From: Octopus sinensis
Taxonomy: Eukaryota
Assembly (NCBI RefSeq): GCF_006345805.1
Contig: NC_043026.1
Location: 3,782,001-3,846,000, forward strand
DNA: 64,000 bases
Reading direction: 5' to 3'
The translations under genes and the position numbers were made by a program. Below, piece by piece: positions 24,985 through 38,275 of the stretch. How positions within the stretch are numbered: position 1 is the stretch's first letter; the number at the start of each line of letters is the position of its first letter. Below the pieces are notes generated by a model. That model had not been told where the DNA came from. It did no database searches and was given only the letters and a program-made list of their open reading frames with translations.

Positions 24985-25027
24985 CCACTACAATCGTTTC
25001 TTGTCTTGATCGACAATCTTCAGGTGG
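24985..25027 (-). ncRNA. Minimal type-I hammerhead ribozyme in the loop of an 85-bp inverted repeat
   Basis: Minus strand CCAC-CTGAAGA-TTGTC-gatcaa-GACAA-GAAA-C-gatt-GTA-GTGG. Confidence 0.65.
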
Positions 25028-25227
25028 ACTTCCAATAATTCAGTTACAATTATTTTTTTGACTATCTATTAAATTTTATGTATTGATTAAGTCTTTCCTT
25101 GTTTGTTTTGCAAAATAGTGGTTTTGTCTCAATAATATTTTATAATATTTTACTATAAAATTGGATTTAATCCTAAATCTGATTTTTTTTCCCTGTAAAT
25201 TTGGATATATTCCCTAATATTTATTAT

Positions 25228-25261
<34 letters not shown>

Positions 25262-26196
25262 TTAAATAAAATGTATAAATGTATGTTTGTGTATGTGTGT
25301 ATGTATATATATATATATATATATATTTCTTTTACTTGTTTCAGTCATTTGACTATGGCCATACTTGAGCACCCACACACACACACATATATATATAAAA
25401 TCATTTTCATCAAGCATCCATGCTGACATGGATTTGACAGTTCAATGGGATCTAATAGGGTCCAAGGACCGCATCATGCCTTTAGCGTCCCTTTTGGCAT
25501 GGTTTCTATGGCTGGGGCGGGGGTGGAGGGTGGGGTGCTTTCCTAACACCCAACAATTTTTACAGCATGTACTGGGTTCCCTTTTCATTGAACCAACACC
25601 AAGGAGGATCAGCCCATAACTGGTATGGCTCGGGGTCGATAATGCTGTTGCTATGTATACTGCTGCTGCTGTTGCTGCTACTACTATTACTACTGCTAAT
25701 AATAATAATAATAATAATAATAATGCTACTAATAATTATACTACTATTGCTACCACTGCTGTTAATGCTATTACTGATGATGATGATGATGATGATGGTC
25801 AGCATACCATTGCTACTACTACTACTAATAATAATTTCTGCTGAAGCATCAAATAGAAAGAGGAGAATTTTTTTAAAAAAACATGGAATTTTGATGTGTG
25901 ATGTGACTAAGGTGTGGGTTCTGTGAGTTGAAATGGCATCTCATGGCCAGTAGTAATTCCCTTAGATTGTATGTAGGTTTACATACGTGCATGCATGCAT
26001 ACATACATATTTATATATGTATGTATGCACATACACACATACACGAGCACATAGGTGCAAAACAAGGTCGAGAAAATAGTACTCAATACCCAAAGGTAGA
26101 GTATATTTATTTTCCATTGCAATCTCTTGCCTTTTTATCCAATTTCCATGTTTATTCAATGAGTTGGTAACCACAAACACTTACAAATATTTCTAA

Positions 26197-26570
26197 ATCT
26201 CTCTCTCTATATAAACGGCAGTTTGTCTGTGTGCGTGTCTGTGTGTCTGTCAGGTTGTACCCTCACCCTGACCATGGCTTTCAACCGATTCTGATGAAAC
26301 TTGACACACACATAGCCCAATGTCATAATTCAAAACTAACACAGCGAAAATTTTGAAAAGTTCCCCCAGTTCTGAAAAAAATCGATAAATTCGACATGGG
26401 ATCGAGAATCAGAAACACAAACCACAGACTGTCTAGGGGACGCAACTCCACCTTTTTTAACTCTCAAAAAAAATTTACCATAATTTACCATGTTTTGGCT
26501 ATAACTCTCTAAAAATGCTTTATAGTTATTTCCCTTACAAACCCGAGCAACGCCGGGCGATACTGCTAGT
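26197..26570 (-). mobile_element. Helitron/HINE-like element copy
   Basis: Reverse complement of both ends of the 2938-3397 element. Confidence 0.6.
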
Positions 26571-27251
26571 TATTATTATTATTCTCGTTTCTCATGGAGG
26601 AATGGCTGCATGAAATTAAGTAACACAATATCAGACCCGAAACTTTATAAACAGCCTGTATTATATCCTTACCAGCGGATAAGTGTGCATTCCGTGCAGT
26701 ACTCTCTTACAAAGCACCACTTGCACAATATGTATTTTATGCCTCTGCTACCCAATGTTATAATAGTACAATCTGCATTCTACACAATTTCTATAACACA
26801 ACCCACACGGCATGTACTACACCCAATCAACACCCTTTATGAAAATACAACCTACGTAACCTGTATTATGTACAATTGCTTCTTAATACTATAATGCAGT
26901 TTAAAATTAATAATTTTAACATAATGGTAATCTTTTCTAATTATAGGCACATGGTCTGACATTTTTTTTGCGGCAGGGGTGGTTAAGTTGATTACATCGA
27001 CATTCCCCCCTCTCCAGTGCTCAATCGCTTTTTATTTTATTGGCCCTGGAAGGGCGAAAGGCAAAGCTGACCCCAGTGGCATTTGAACTCAGAATGTGAA
27101 GACAGATGAAATACTGCTAAGCACTTTGCCCAACTGGCTAACGATTCTGACAGCTTGCAGCCCTATTAATAATAATAATAATAATAGTAATGATGATGAT
27201 AATTTATTGCCCACCTGGATGTAAGCAGCTGGTGACAATATGAGAAAGATA

Positions 27252-27663
27252 ATCTCTCTATATATAAACGGCAGTTTGTCTGTCAGGTTGTACCCTCACC
27301 CTGACCACGGCTTTCAACCGATTCTGATGAAACTTGACACACACATAGCCCAATGTCATAATTCAAAGCTAACGCCGTGAAAATTTTGAAAAGTTCCCCC
27401 AGTTCTGAAAAAAATCGATAAATTGGACATGGGGTCGAGAATCTAAGCTTATCATATGCAACACATTTTCCGTTGTAGTTTTCGCAACTTGCAATCGGGA
27501 GACAGCTAGGAACATCATATACATAGAAGTATTCGAGTGAAGAGAAGACATTGCAACCTACACATGTGCCTTCTTTCCCTAGGGGGAAAGAACTAGATTG
27601 GGATTAGTCGTTGCCTACTAGGGGCTCTTACATACCCGGGCAACGCCGGGCTATGCTGCTAGT
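27252..27663 (-). mobile_element. Helitron/HINE-like element copy
   Basis: Collinear reverse complement of 2938-3397. Confidence 0.65.
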
Positions 27664-28319
27664 TAATAATAATACCTATGTTTTAATAAGTCTTTCTTTA
27701 ATGATATTTATAATAGAGTTAATGACTCTTTATTAATAACAATGTCTGTTTAATCTTCTAGGAAGCAGAACAATTTAAATTTGTGTTTTTTAAATTGGAT
27801 ACGCAACAGTGTTACTTTAAGGACCAGAATATGCTGATGATTAAATCTTAATTATTTCATTTTGTAGAATTCTCTTTTGTGAACCTGTGTATAGTTTACA
27901 CGCTATCTCTGTCTACCTCAGACTGGCTGACTTAAATCGGTTTTGGAAGCGACAAGGGTGCATGGCATTGATAAACTGCAACAACGGTGAAATACCTATC
28001 AGTTGCTCTTGGGATCACTTCCTGGGTGATTTGTTTGGCCTAGCTCTGAAATGAGCCAGAGAGACTGAGAGGGACAGACAGACAGACAGATGGGCACACA
28101 GCTAGATAAATAGCTACTGTATTTTCTGGAATATAAGTTAAATTTTTCAGACTAAAATTTACAGCCAAATACGATAGGTTGACTTATACACCAAGACAAC
28201 ATTGGAGGACCAAAAATTCCATGTGAAATGCATCAAGACTTGGAAAAATAGCGATGATGTTTGAATGTTTATACTATATACAATACTGACTTATACGCTG
28301 GAAAATACGGTACCTATAT

Positions 28320-28670
28320 AAACTTACTTGTACTTGTGGCAACATTCACCCTGGGCGGGTTGAGTCGGCTTCTTCCACCACCCTCGAGGCATCTCGAACC
28401 ATGGCACTCCACCCACGACGGTCCTGTGCCAGTTCACTGGAGATAGCGAGCCAGTCATGGTTCCATCGGCGCAGGCCGACCACCTGCGGTCCCGTGAACA
28501 CGGAGAGGTCCTCCTTGATCGTCGTAGTCCAGGTCTTCAGCTGCCAGCCCGCACGTTTCTGCCAGTTGGGAAGTGGAGTCGAGAGAAGGACATCACGGCT
28601 CAGTTCACCCACCGGACGCCTACATGCATGGCCAAACCACCGCAAGTGCCGTTGCAGAAGGACGGATAGA
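28320..28670 (-). mobile_element. RTE-type LINE 3' end with (CAAGTA)n-like tail
   Basis: LQRHLRWFGHACRR...KTWTTTIKEDL...LAQDRRGWSAMVRDA...STRPG*; the tail CACAAGTACAAGTAAG follows. Confidence 0.8.
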
Positions 28671-29297
28671 CCTATATAAGGACCTGTATATGCAGAAGGA
28701 CCTATATAACCCTTTAGCATTTAAACTGGCTATATCTGGCCAAAAGTATTCTGCCTGTTTTATGTTCAAACTGGCCAGATCTGGTCTCTCACACCAACCC
28801 TACAATATCGTTTTAAAAATTAACAGCTACCTCATCAAAATCTCAAAACTACAAGATAATGCCTGATTAGTTCCAAATAATGTGGATAAAAAAGGATTAA
28901 TTTTGGCAGAATAATGTGAACCCTAAAGGCTGAATTAGGCACAAGCTTATTTGTATGGGAAAAAAATCATTATGACTGAATACATCTGTAGTAAATCCTT
29001 CTTTTTAAATCATTGTTTGACCCTTTAGCATTCAAACTGGCCATATCCGGCCAAAAGTATTCTGCCTGTTTTATGTTCAAACTGGCCAGATCTGGTCTCT
29101 CACACCAACCCTACAATATCGTTTTAAAAATTAACAACTACCTCATCAAAATCTCAAAACTACAAGATAATGCATGATTAGTTCAAAACAAAGTGGATAA
29201 AAAAAGCATTAGTTTTGGTGGAATAATCCGAACACTAAAGGAATAAACACATACATATGCACACATACATGTATACAAACACATGTATACACACATT

Positions 29298-29950
29298 TGG
29301 AAGCACTCCGTCGGTTACGACGACGAGGGTTCCGGTTGATCCGATCAACGGAACAGCCTGCTCGTGAAATTAACGTGTAAGTGGCTGAGCACTCCACAGA
29401 CACGTGTACCCTTAACGTAGTTCTCGGGGAGATTCAGCGCGACACAGAGAGTGACAAGGCCGGCCCTTTGAAATACAGGTACAACAGAAACAGGAAGTAA
29501 GAGTGAGAGAAAGTTGTGGTGAAAGAGTACAGCAGGGATCACCACCATCCCCTGCCGGAGCCTCGGATGGAAGCACTCCGTCGTTTACGACGATGAGGGT
29601 TCCGGTTGATCCGAATCAACGGAACAGCCTGCTCGTGAAATTAACGTGTAAGTGGCTGAGCACTCCACAGACACGTGTACCCTTAACGTAGTTCTCGGGG
29701 AGATTCAGCGCGACACAGAGAGTGACAAGGCCGGCCCTTTGAAATACAGGTACAACAGAAACAGGAAGTAAGAGTGAGAGAAAGTTGTGGTGAAAGAGTA
29801 CAGCAGGGATCGTCACCATCCCCTGCTGGAGCCTCGTGGAGCTTTTAGGTGTTTTTGCTCAATAAACACTCACAACGCCCGGGCTGTGAATCGAAACCGC
29901 GATCCTACGACCGCGAGTCCGCTGCCCTAACCACTGGGCCATTGCGCCTC
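29298..29950 (-). mobile_element. tRNA-derived SINE with duplicated body
   Basis: GGAAGCACTCCGTCG...body repeated at 29299 and 29569; tRNA-like head near 29870-29950. Confidence 0.8.
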
Positions 29951-30280
29951 TATACACACATATACACATACACTCAGACACACCTGAATATACCATATTT
30001 TCTAACTTACAAATCAAATTTTTTAAACCAAAACTTACAGCCAGAAAAGACGGGTCGACTTCGGAGGACCAAAATTCCATGTGAAATGCTGCCGGATATG
30101 GAAAGATAATGACAAAACTTCCATGTTTACACTACATGTTTGTCCTATTTACGAAATCAAACTTGTATGCTGGAAAATACATTATCATTTAATCATCAAT
30201 ATATTCTTACGATTGAATTGATGTTGTTGTATTTCTTTATTTATCTATATATTATTTTATTTATCTATTTATTTATTCAG

Positions 30281-30333
30281 GACAATGAACAAAAATGAAC
30301 TTGATATTTCTTATGTAACTTCAAGAATGATCG
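30281..30333 (+). CDS. GAK: GAK exon, start of PTEN-like domain (TMNKNELDISYVTSRMI)
   Basis: ttattcag|G, G|gtaagt, 53 nt, phase 2-1; resembles GAK DLDISYITSRI. Confidence 0.93.
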
Positions 30334-30699
30334 GTAAGTTGTGACCCCAGATTTAATTATGGTAGTTGTTGATAATGATTGTATATTTACCCTGAGTATA
30401 TATGTACCCTTGTGATCACTTCTTGGGGTGATTTGTTTGGCCTGGCTCTGAAGAATATATATATATATCTCTTTACTCTCATTTACTTGTTTCAGTCAGT
30501 TGACTGCGGCCATGCTGGAGCACCGCCTTCAGTCGAGCAACTCGACCCCGGGACTTATTCTTTGTAACCCAGTACTTATTCAATCGGTCTCTTTTGCCGA
30601 ACCGCTTAGTGACGGGGACATAAACACACCAGCATCGGTTGTCAAGCAATGCTAGGGGGTCAAACACAAACATACACGCACACACACATATATATACAT

Positions 30700-31675
30700 A
30701 TATACGACGGGCTTCTTTCAGTTTCCGTCTACTAAATCCACTCGCAAGGCGTTGGTCGGCCCGAGGTTATAGTAGAAGACACTTGCCCAAGGTGCCACGC
30801 AGTGGGACTGAACCCGGAACCATGTGGTTGGTAAACAAGCTACTTACCACACAGCCACTCCTGTGCCTATATATGTATATTTTTTAACACAATACACCTA
30901 TAAAGGGATTATTTTTCCCTGGACAAAAACCACACATGTACACACACACATACATGTACACACACACACACAACACACACAAATACGACGAGCTGCTTTC
31001 GGTTTCCATTTACCAAATTCACTCACAAGGCTTTGGTCGGCCCGAGGCTATAGTAGAAGACACTTGCCCAAGGTGCCACGCAGTGGGACTGAACCCGGAA
31101 CCATGTGGTTGGTAAACAAGCTACGTACCACACAGCCACACCTACGCCTTTATACATATATACGACAGGCTCCTTTCAGTTTCCGTCTACCAAATCCACT
31201 CACAAGGCTTTGGTCGGCCCGAGGCTATAGTAGAAGATACTTGCCCAAGGTGCCACGCAGTGGGACTGAACCCGGAACCATGTGGTTGGTAAGGAAGCTA
31301 CTTACCACACAGCCACACCTACGCCTATATACATATATACGACAGGCTTCTTTCAGTTTCTGTCTACCAAATTCAATCACAAGGCTTTAGTCGGCCCGGG
31401 GCTATAGTAGAAGACACTTGCCCAAGGTCCCACACAGAACCCAGAACCATGTGGTTGGTAAGCAAGCTACTTACCACACAGCCACACCTACGCCTATATA
31501 CATATATACGACAGGCTTCTTTCAGTTTCCGTTTACCAAATCCACTCACAAGGCTTTAGTCGGCCCGAGGCTATAGTAGAAGACACTTGCCCAAGGTGCC
31601 ACGCAGTGGGACTGAACCCTGAACCAGGTGGTTGGTAAGGAAGCTACTTACCACACAGCCACTCCTACACCTATC
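30700..31675 (-). repeat. Tandem run of 5 tRNA-derived, CORE-like SINE copies (~170 bp)
   Basis: Minus strand GGAGTGGCTGTGTGGTAAG...GGTTCAGTCCCACTGCGTGGCACCTTGGGCAAGTGTCTTC repeated, separated by TA/CA tracts. Confidence 0.85.
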
Positions 31676-32135
31676 ATAACTACAATTTCCATTTGATTTT
31701 GATGTACTTGACTCAATAGGTCTCCTCTTTATCTTTATATATAAAACTGATGTTGTGTGAGAGTCTGTCTCCTCCGACTTAGATTCCTAACTACTCCCAC
31801 ATTTTGCGGTGCAGTTTAACCAAAACTGGGTATCTTATAGTCGTGATTCATATCAAGCCCTTCTGGGTATTAGCGCGCGTTTACGATGAGTCTACGATTT
31901 AAAAAAAAATTTACCATCATTTTTTCGTTTTTTTAATGCATTTTTTGCTCGGTTTATATAAGGGAAGTAACTCTCTAAAAATGCTTATATAGTTATTTCC
32001 CTTACAAACCCGAGCAACGCTGGGTGATACTGCTAGTTGTATATAAACTCTAACCCCAAAATTGTATATCGAGTCTGGATGAGACAACTGGTCTAGACTA
32101 TTGTATGGCTGATCCCTTTTTCTCTTCGCTTCCAG

Positions 32136-32284
32136 TGATGTCGTTCCCAGCTGAAGGAGTAGAGTCAGCCTTTAAGAACCACATCGATGATGTCCGCTGT
32201 CTGCTGGACTCCAAACACCGTGGACAATATAGTGTATACAACCTTACTCAGAGAAATTATCGTGCTATCAAATTTGAAAATAGA
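32136..32284 (+). CDS. GAK: GAK exon, PTEN-like domain (VMSFPAEGVESAFKNHIDDVRCLLDSKHRGQYSVYNLTQRNYRAIKFENR)
   Basis: cttccag|TG, AGA|gtgagt, 149 nt, phase 1-0. Confidence 0.96.
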
Positions 32285-33854
32285 GTGAGTAGTGGCTTTC
32301 ATTCTTTAACCTTTGTAATGAGTGTTTGTGTGTGTATGTGTAGTTGTCTAAGAGTCCATAAGTCACAAAAAGATATGCACTTGTATATTTGTCGGTGTAG
32401 TAAGTATTTTAATCAAAATGTGAAGTGTTATAGAGCCATTTCTGTCCGTCTTACCAATTGGTTTCACACTGGTTATTAGGTAACAGGGTGACTAAAACTG
32501 CATACTCTTCAGAGATTTTTTTAATTTTTCTATATTTGTATATGTTTTTCCATACATGTCATCTCTGAAGAGGTCATGGTTTTACACAGCCAACCTGTTA
32601 ATATTTGGTTATCTAATGCCCAGTGCAAAACTAACTGGTAAGATCAGCTGAAATGAATCTATAATACTGTATACTTTGATGTATGATATATATATATATA
32701 TATTTTGTGTCGTCTATTTGAGTGTTTTGCATTCTTGTCTCATTTTGTATTTTTATATATATTTTTTATACATATATATATATATATATATAATTAATTA
32801 ATAATATCAGGGTAATAAAGATTTTAGAAATTCTTACTACCAGTGGCCTAGCGTATAGTAAAATTAGTCAATAGACAATATATTATTCATATAAAATATA
32901 GTGTACATTTAAACACAACGTTCCTTCGTTAAAATTCGACGCAAACAGCCAGGGTCTTGTTGGGGTTTTGTCGAGTTGAAATGAAGGAATGCCATGTTTA
33001 ACCCTTTAGCATTTAAACCGGCCATATCCGGCCAAAAGTATTCTGCCTGTTTTATGGTTAAACTGACCAGATCTGGTCTCTCACACCAACCCTACAATAT
33101 CGTTTTAAAAATTAACAGCTACCTCATCAAAATCTCAAAGCTACAAGATAATGCACGATTAGTTCTAAATAATGTGGATAAAAAAGGATTAATTTTGGCA
33201 GAATAATGCGAATACTAAAAAGTTAAATGTACACCGTATTTTATATATATATATATATATATATAAAGTTAATCCAAACATGAAAGCACAAAAAAACACA
33301 ACAACGCGAGGACGTGGAACAAATATAGTATTACTGGACGCTCAGGAAAGAAGGAGGGTTTAACGTTTTGAGCGGAGGCTCTTTGTCGGAAACATAGGAG
33401 AAGGAAAGACAGAGGAAAAAAAATCACCAACGGTACACACGCGGTCACATATATATATTTATCATATATCAAATGGATGTCTTATAAAACTATTCCAACA
33501 TATAATAAGTCATACCAACAATCCAACATACCTCCATCGTCAGCTGCCCCACGGATATCACTATGGTTTTGATACCTGGGCAGTACCATGCATAAGCCTG
33601 GCTGTGTGGTTAAGAAGTGTGCGTTCCAATCATGTGGTTTCAGGTTCTGTCCCACTGTGGTACAAGTGCATACACACACACACAATCATATATTAATGTT
33701 TGTTTTTATGGTTAGTTATAATAAAAACAACGTAAAGTATACTAGCCATCTCAGTATGGCTAACCACTAAGGGTGGGTGTTACTGTAGCTTTTAGCCCCA
33801 GGAGATCATCGTCTCCAAAGGGAGGTCACCCTCTCTCGTAAACCTAAGTGATAC

Positions 33855-33897
33855 GCACGGACTGCAGTTTCGAGGTATTTGCCTCTTATCAACGTAC
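33855..33897 (-). ncRNA. Degenerate minimal hammerhead (two core substitutions)
   Basis: Minus strand GTACG-TTGATAA-GAGG-caaata-CCTC-GAAA-CTGCAG-TC-CGTGC. Confidence 0.5.
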
Positions 33898-34271
33898 GGT
33901 AATCACCGGTTTTCGATGAGGAGAGACCTGTTTGCAAATATCTATTTAATGTTTTTCCCAGTAACCACTGTCACTGATTTCGAATCTGATGGGTTACTCT
34001 ATACTTCTGTGGAATACGAATTTATCATTCTTATAGAAAAATTTTGTTGAAAGTGACTTCGAAGTGTCAGTCAGCTAAGCCATTGTGCCACATAAAAAGC
34101 AACTGTGACATTGCCACATTTAAAGCACTTGAGCTGGTGCCTCGTGAAAACAGCACCCAGTACACTCTGCATAGCGGTGGACATTAGGAAGGGCATTCAA
34201 CGATTCCAAAACAGACAACCAAAGCTCTTGTCAAACCGTCCAACCCATGCCAGCAAGGAAAACAGATGTTA

Positions 34272-34319
<48 letters not shown>

Positions 34320-34477
34320 TTGTTCGTTTATTGGCCACAAGGGCTAACAAAAATCAATTAAAACATAAAGGGGCAAAACACAGGACGAAAGTTACAAAGG
34401 GTTTTGTCCGATATGGCATAGTGGTTAAGAGCGCAGGCTACTAATCCCAAGATTTCGAGTTCAATTCCAAGCAGTGA

Positions 34478-34511
<34 letters not shown>

Positions 34512-35363
34512 TCGTTTATTGGCCACAAGGGCTAATAAGAATTAATTAAAACATAAAGGGACAAAACAGGACGAAAGTTAGAAAGGGTTTTGTCTGATAT
34601 GGCATAGTGGTTAAGAGCGCAGGCTACTAATCCCAAGATTCCGAGTTCGATTCCAAGCAGTGACCTGAAGAATAATAATAATAAGAATAATAATAATGAT
34701 AATTTGTTCATTTATTGGCCACAAGGGCTAACAAAAATCAGTTAAAACATAAAGGGACAAAACACAGGACGAAAGTTACAAAGGGTTTTGTCCATTTGAA
34801 AAAGGTCTGTGTACAAAAGCAGGATAACAACGAAATATAAGTAACAATTAAAACTCCCAATAGGGGGAGGCGCTTCGAAAGGTTACTCGTGGAAAACCCC
34901 ATAAAAGCTACGGGAGCCTAGTCAAAAGTGGGGTAGAGAGACCCTTTCTCCTTTTATCATCATCATCGTTTAACGTCCGCTTTCCATGCTAGCATGGGTT
35001 GGACGGTTCAACTGGGGTCTGGGAAGCCCGAAGGCTGCACCAGGCCAGTCAGATCTGGCAGTGTTTCTACAGCTGGATGCCCTTCCTAACGCCAACCACT
35101 CCGAGAGTGTAGTGGGTGATTTTATGTGCCAGACAAGGCTGGCGAACGGCCATGCTCGGATGGTGTTTTTTACGTGCCACCGGCACGGAGGCCAGTCAAT
35201 GCGGTACTGGCTACGGCCACGTTCGGATGGTCTTCGTATGTGCCACCGGCACTGGTACCACAAAACTACAAATTCCATTAATGTTCATCGAGTTTGCTTT
35301 TGATTTTGTCCTTAATTTTCACAGATTGGATAATAATAATGATAATATATTTGTCTTTTGCAG

Positions 35364-35486
35364 GTCTTAGAATTAGGTTGGTCTCACAAACGAGTCCCAA
35401 CTCTAGCAAGTATCTTCACTCTGTGCAAAAGCCTTTACCACTGGCTACGGAAAAACCCCAAAAATATCTGTGTTATTCATTGCCTT
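35364..35486 (+). CDS. GAK: GAK exon, PTEN-like domain (VLELGWSHKRVPTLASIFTLCKSLYHWLRKNPKNICVIHCL)
   Basis: cttttgcag|GTC, CTT|gtaagt, 123 nt, phase 0-0. Confidence 0.95.
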
Positions 35487-35719
35487 GTAAGTAATATGTC
35501 ATTTTGTTAATTGAATTTTAATCAGTTTCCATTGATCGTTAATTTATCATTCTACCCTTTGTTTTTTTTTTCTCTTTTCTTTCTTCAATGTCATGAAAAA
35601 TGTTTGACCCTTTAGCATTCAGGATTACTCTGTCAGATGTGATGTTTGTTTATTTAGTCTCATCCATACACACAGGCTGGTCCTTTACAGGTGCTGGTGT
35701 CACTTAAAAGATGCTCTCG

Positions 35720-36385
35720 TGCCGGTGCCTCGTAAATTGCACTCATACCAGTGCTATATGAAATGCGCATGTGTTGGTACCACATAAAAGATACATTCGT
35801 GCCGGTTCCACATAAAAAAGTGCACTGATGCCGGTGCCATGTAAAGTGCACTCCTGTCGGTGCCACGTAAAATGCACTTGTGCCAATGCCACATAAAATG
35901 CACTCATGCTGGTGCCACGCAGAATGCACTTGTGCCAGTGCCATGTGAAGTGCACTCATGCTGGTGTCACATGAAATGCACTTGTGCCATTGCCACATAA
36001 AATGCACTCATGCTGGTGCCACGAAGAATGCACTCGTGCCAGTGCCACGTAAAGTGCACTCATGCTGGTGCCTCATAAAATGCACTTGTACCAGTGCCAC
36101 GTAAAGTGCACTCATGCCAGTGCCACATAAAATGCACTCGTGCCAGTGCCATGTGGAGTGCACTCATGCCAGTGCCTCATAAAATGCACTTGTACCAGTG
36201 CCACGTAAAGTGCACTCATGCCGATGCCTCATAAAATGCACTTGTGCCAGTGCCATGTAAAGTGCACTCATGCCAGTGCCACATAAAATGCACTTGTGCC
36301 AGTGCCATATAAAGTGCACTCATGTGGGTGCCACGAGATGCACTTGTGCCAGAGCTGTGTAAATGCACCCATGCTGGTGGTACAT
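35720..36385. repeat. Degenerate ~26-bp minisatellite (GTGCCACATAAAATGCACTCATGCCA-like)
   Basis: Visible periodicity; the motif resembles GTGCCACGTAAAAGCAC of the RTE 3' UTR family. Confidence 0.85.
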
Positions 36386-37309
36386 AAAAAGTACCCAGTA
36401 CACTCTTAAGTGATTGGCATTAGGAAGGGCATTCACTGTAGAACCCATGCCACAATAGACAACTGGGGTCTGTATAGCTCCTCAGCAGGCCAGCCCCCTG
36501 ATTGTTACCAGCGTCGCCTTACTGGCAGTCGAGCCCCGTGCTAGTAGGGTATTAAGAGCACCATCCGAGCGTGATTGTTGCCAGAGCGGCTGTCTGGCCT
36601 CCATGCCGGTGGCACATAAAAGACACCATTCGAGCGTGATCGTTACCAGCATCGCCTTACTAGCACCTGTGCCGGTGGCATGTGTAAAAGATTCAAGAGA
36701 GGTCATTGCCAGTACCGCCTGACTGGCACGTAAAAGCACCCACTACACTCTCGGAGTGGTTGGCATTAGGAAGGGCATCCAGCTGTAGAAACTCTGCCAG
36801 ATCAAGATTGGAGCCTGGTGCAGCCATCTGGTTCGTCAGCCCTCAGTCATATGTCCAGGCCACTGGTAGTAAAAGTTTCGAAAATCTTTATTACCCTGAT
36901 ATTATTAATTAATTATATATATCAAAGTATACAGTATTATAGATTCATTTCAGCTGATCTTACCAATCAGTTTTGCACTGGGCATTAGATAACCAGATAT
37001 TAACAGGTTGGCTGTGTAAAACCATGACCTCTTCAGAGATGACATGCTAGCATGGAAAGCAGACGTTAAACGATGACGATGAGTCTTAACAGCTGTTTCT
37101 TTGCTGTCAGTTTAATCTACTGTTCATTATAGTCCCCCATAACTTTAAAATCCTTCATTATCGTCTATAATTTACTCTCTTTGTATTTCCTTTAACTTTC
37201 TTACTTACAGTCTCCCATAATTTTTCTCCTGTTACTGTCCACTATAATTTATTGTAATCACCTGTTAAGTCTTCCATAGTTTACCTTCTACAACTATTCC
37301 GTCATTCAT

Positions 37310-38115
37310 CTGTTATTGCCTTCCATAATTTACTGCCTGTTATTGCCCTCCATAATTCATCTGTTATTGCCTTCCATAATTTACTGCCTGTTATTGCCCT
37401 CCATAATTTACCTGTTATTGCCTTCCATAATTTTCTGCCTGTTATTGCCTTCCATAATTTACTGCCTGTTATTGCCCTCCATAATTTACCTGTTATTGCC
37501 TTCCATAATTTTCTGCCTGTTATTGCACTCCATAATTCATCTGTTATTGCCTTCCATAATTTTCTGCCTGTTATTGCACTCCATAATTCATCTGTTATTG
37601 CCTTCCATAATTTTCTGCCTGTTATTGCCTTCCATAATTTACTGCCTGTTATTGCCCTCCATAATTCACCTGTTATTGCCTTCCATAATTTTCTGCCTGT
37701 TATTGCCTTCCATAATTTACTGCCTGTTATTGCCCTCCATAATTCACCTGTTATTGCCTTCCATAATTTTCTGCCTGTTATTGCCTTCCATAATTTACTA
37801 CCTGTTATTGCCCTCCATAATTCATCTGTTATTGCCTTCCATAATTTACTGCCTGTTATTGCCCTCCATAATTCACCTGTTATTGCCTTCCATAATTTTC
37901 TGCCTGTTATTGCCTTCCATAATTTACTGCCTGTTATTGCCCTCCATAATTCACCTGTTATTGCCTTCCATAATTTTCTGCCTGTTATTGCCTTCCATAA
38001 TTTACTACCTGTTATTGCCCTCCATAATTCACCTGTTATTGCCTTCCATAATTTACTGCCTGTTATTGCCTTCCATAATTTACTGCCTGTTATTGCCCTC
38101 CATAATTCACCTGTT
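37310..38115. repeat. 24/27-bp minisatellite (CCTGTTATTGCCTTCCATAATTTACTG / ...CATAATTCA) x~31
   Basis: Gives the LLLPSIIYC/LLLPSIIH periodic ORF. Confidence 0.95.
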
Positions 38116-38275
38116 GTTGTCGTTTATAATTTACTGATCTCCATAATTTTCCTTGTTAATGTCCTCCGTAATTCACCATGTTACTGTCTTCCATAATTTA
38201 TTGTCTTCCATAATTTACTGTCACTCATTATCCTCTGCACTTCTACTTCTCTTACCTCTGTTCTTCTTCTGACAG

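Noticed and set aside
25840-25965. Non-repetitive island as a possible extra exon
   Set aside because: No convincing acceptor/donor pair in a compatible phase, and the nearest ATG stops after three codons.
37316-38137. 273-aa LLLPSII repeat ORF
   Set aside because: Minisatellite translation with no splice or homology support.
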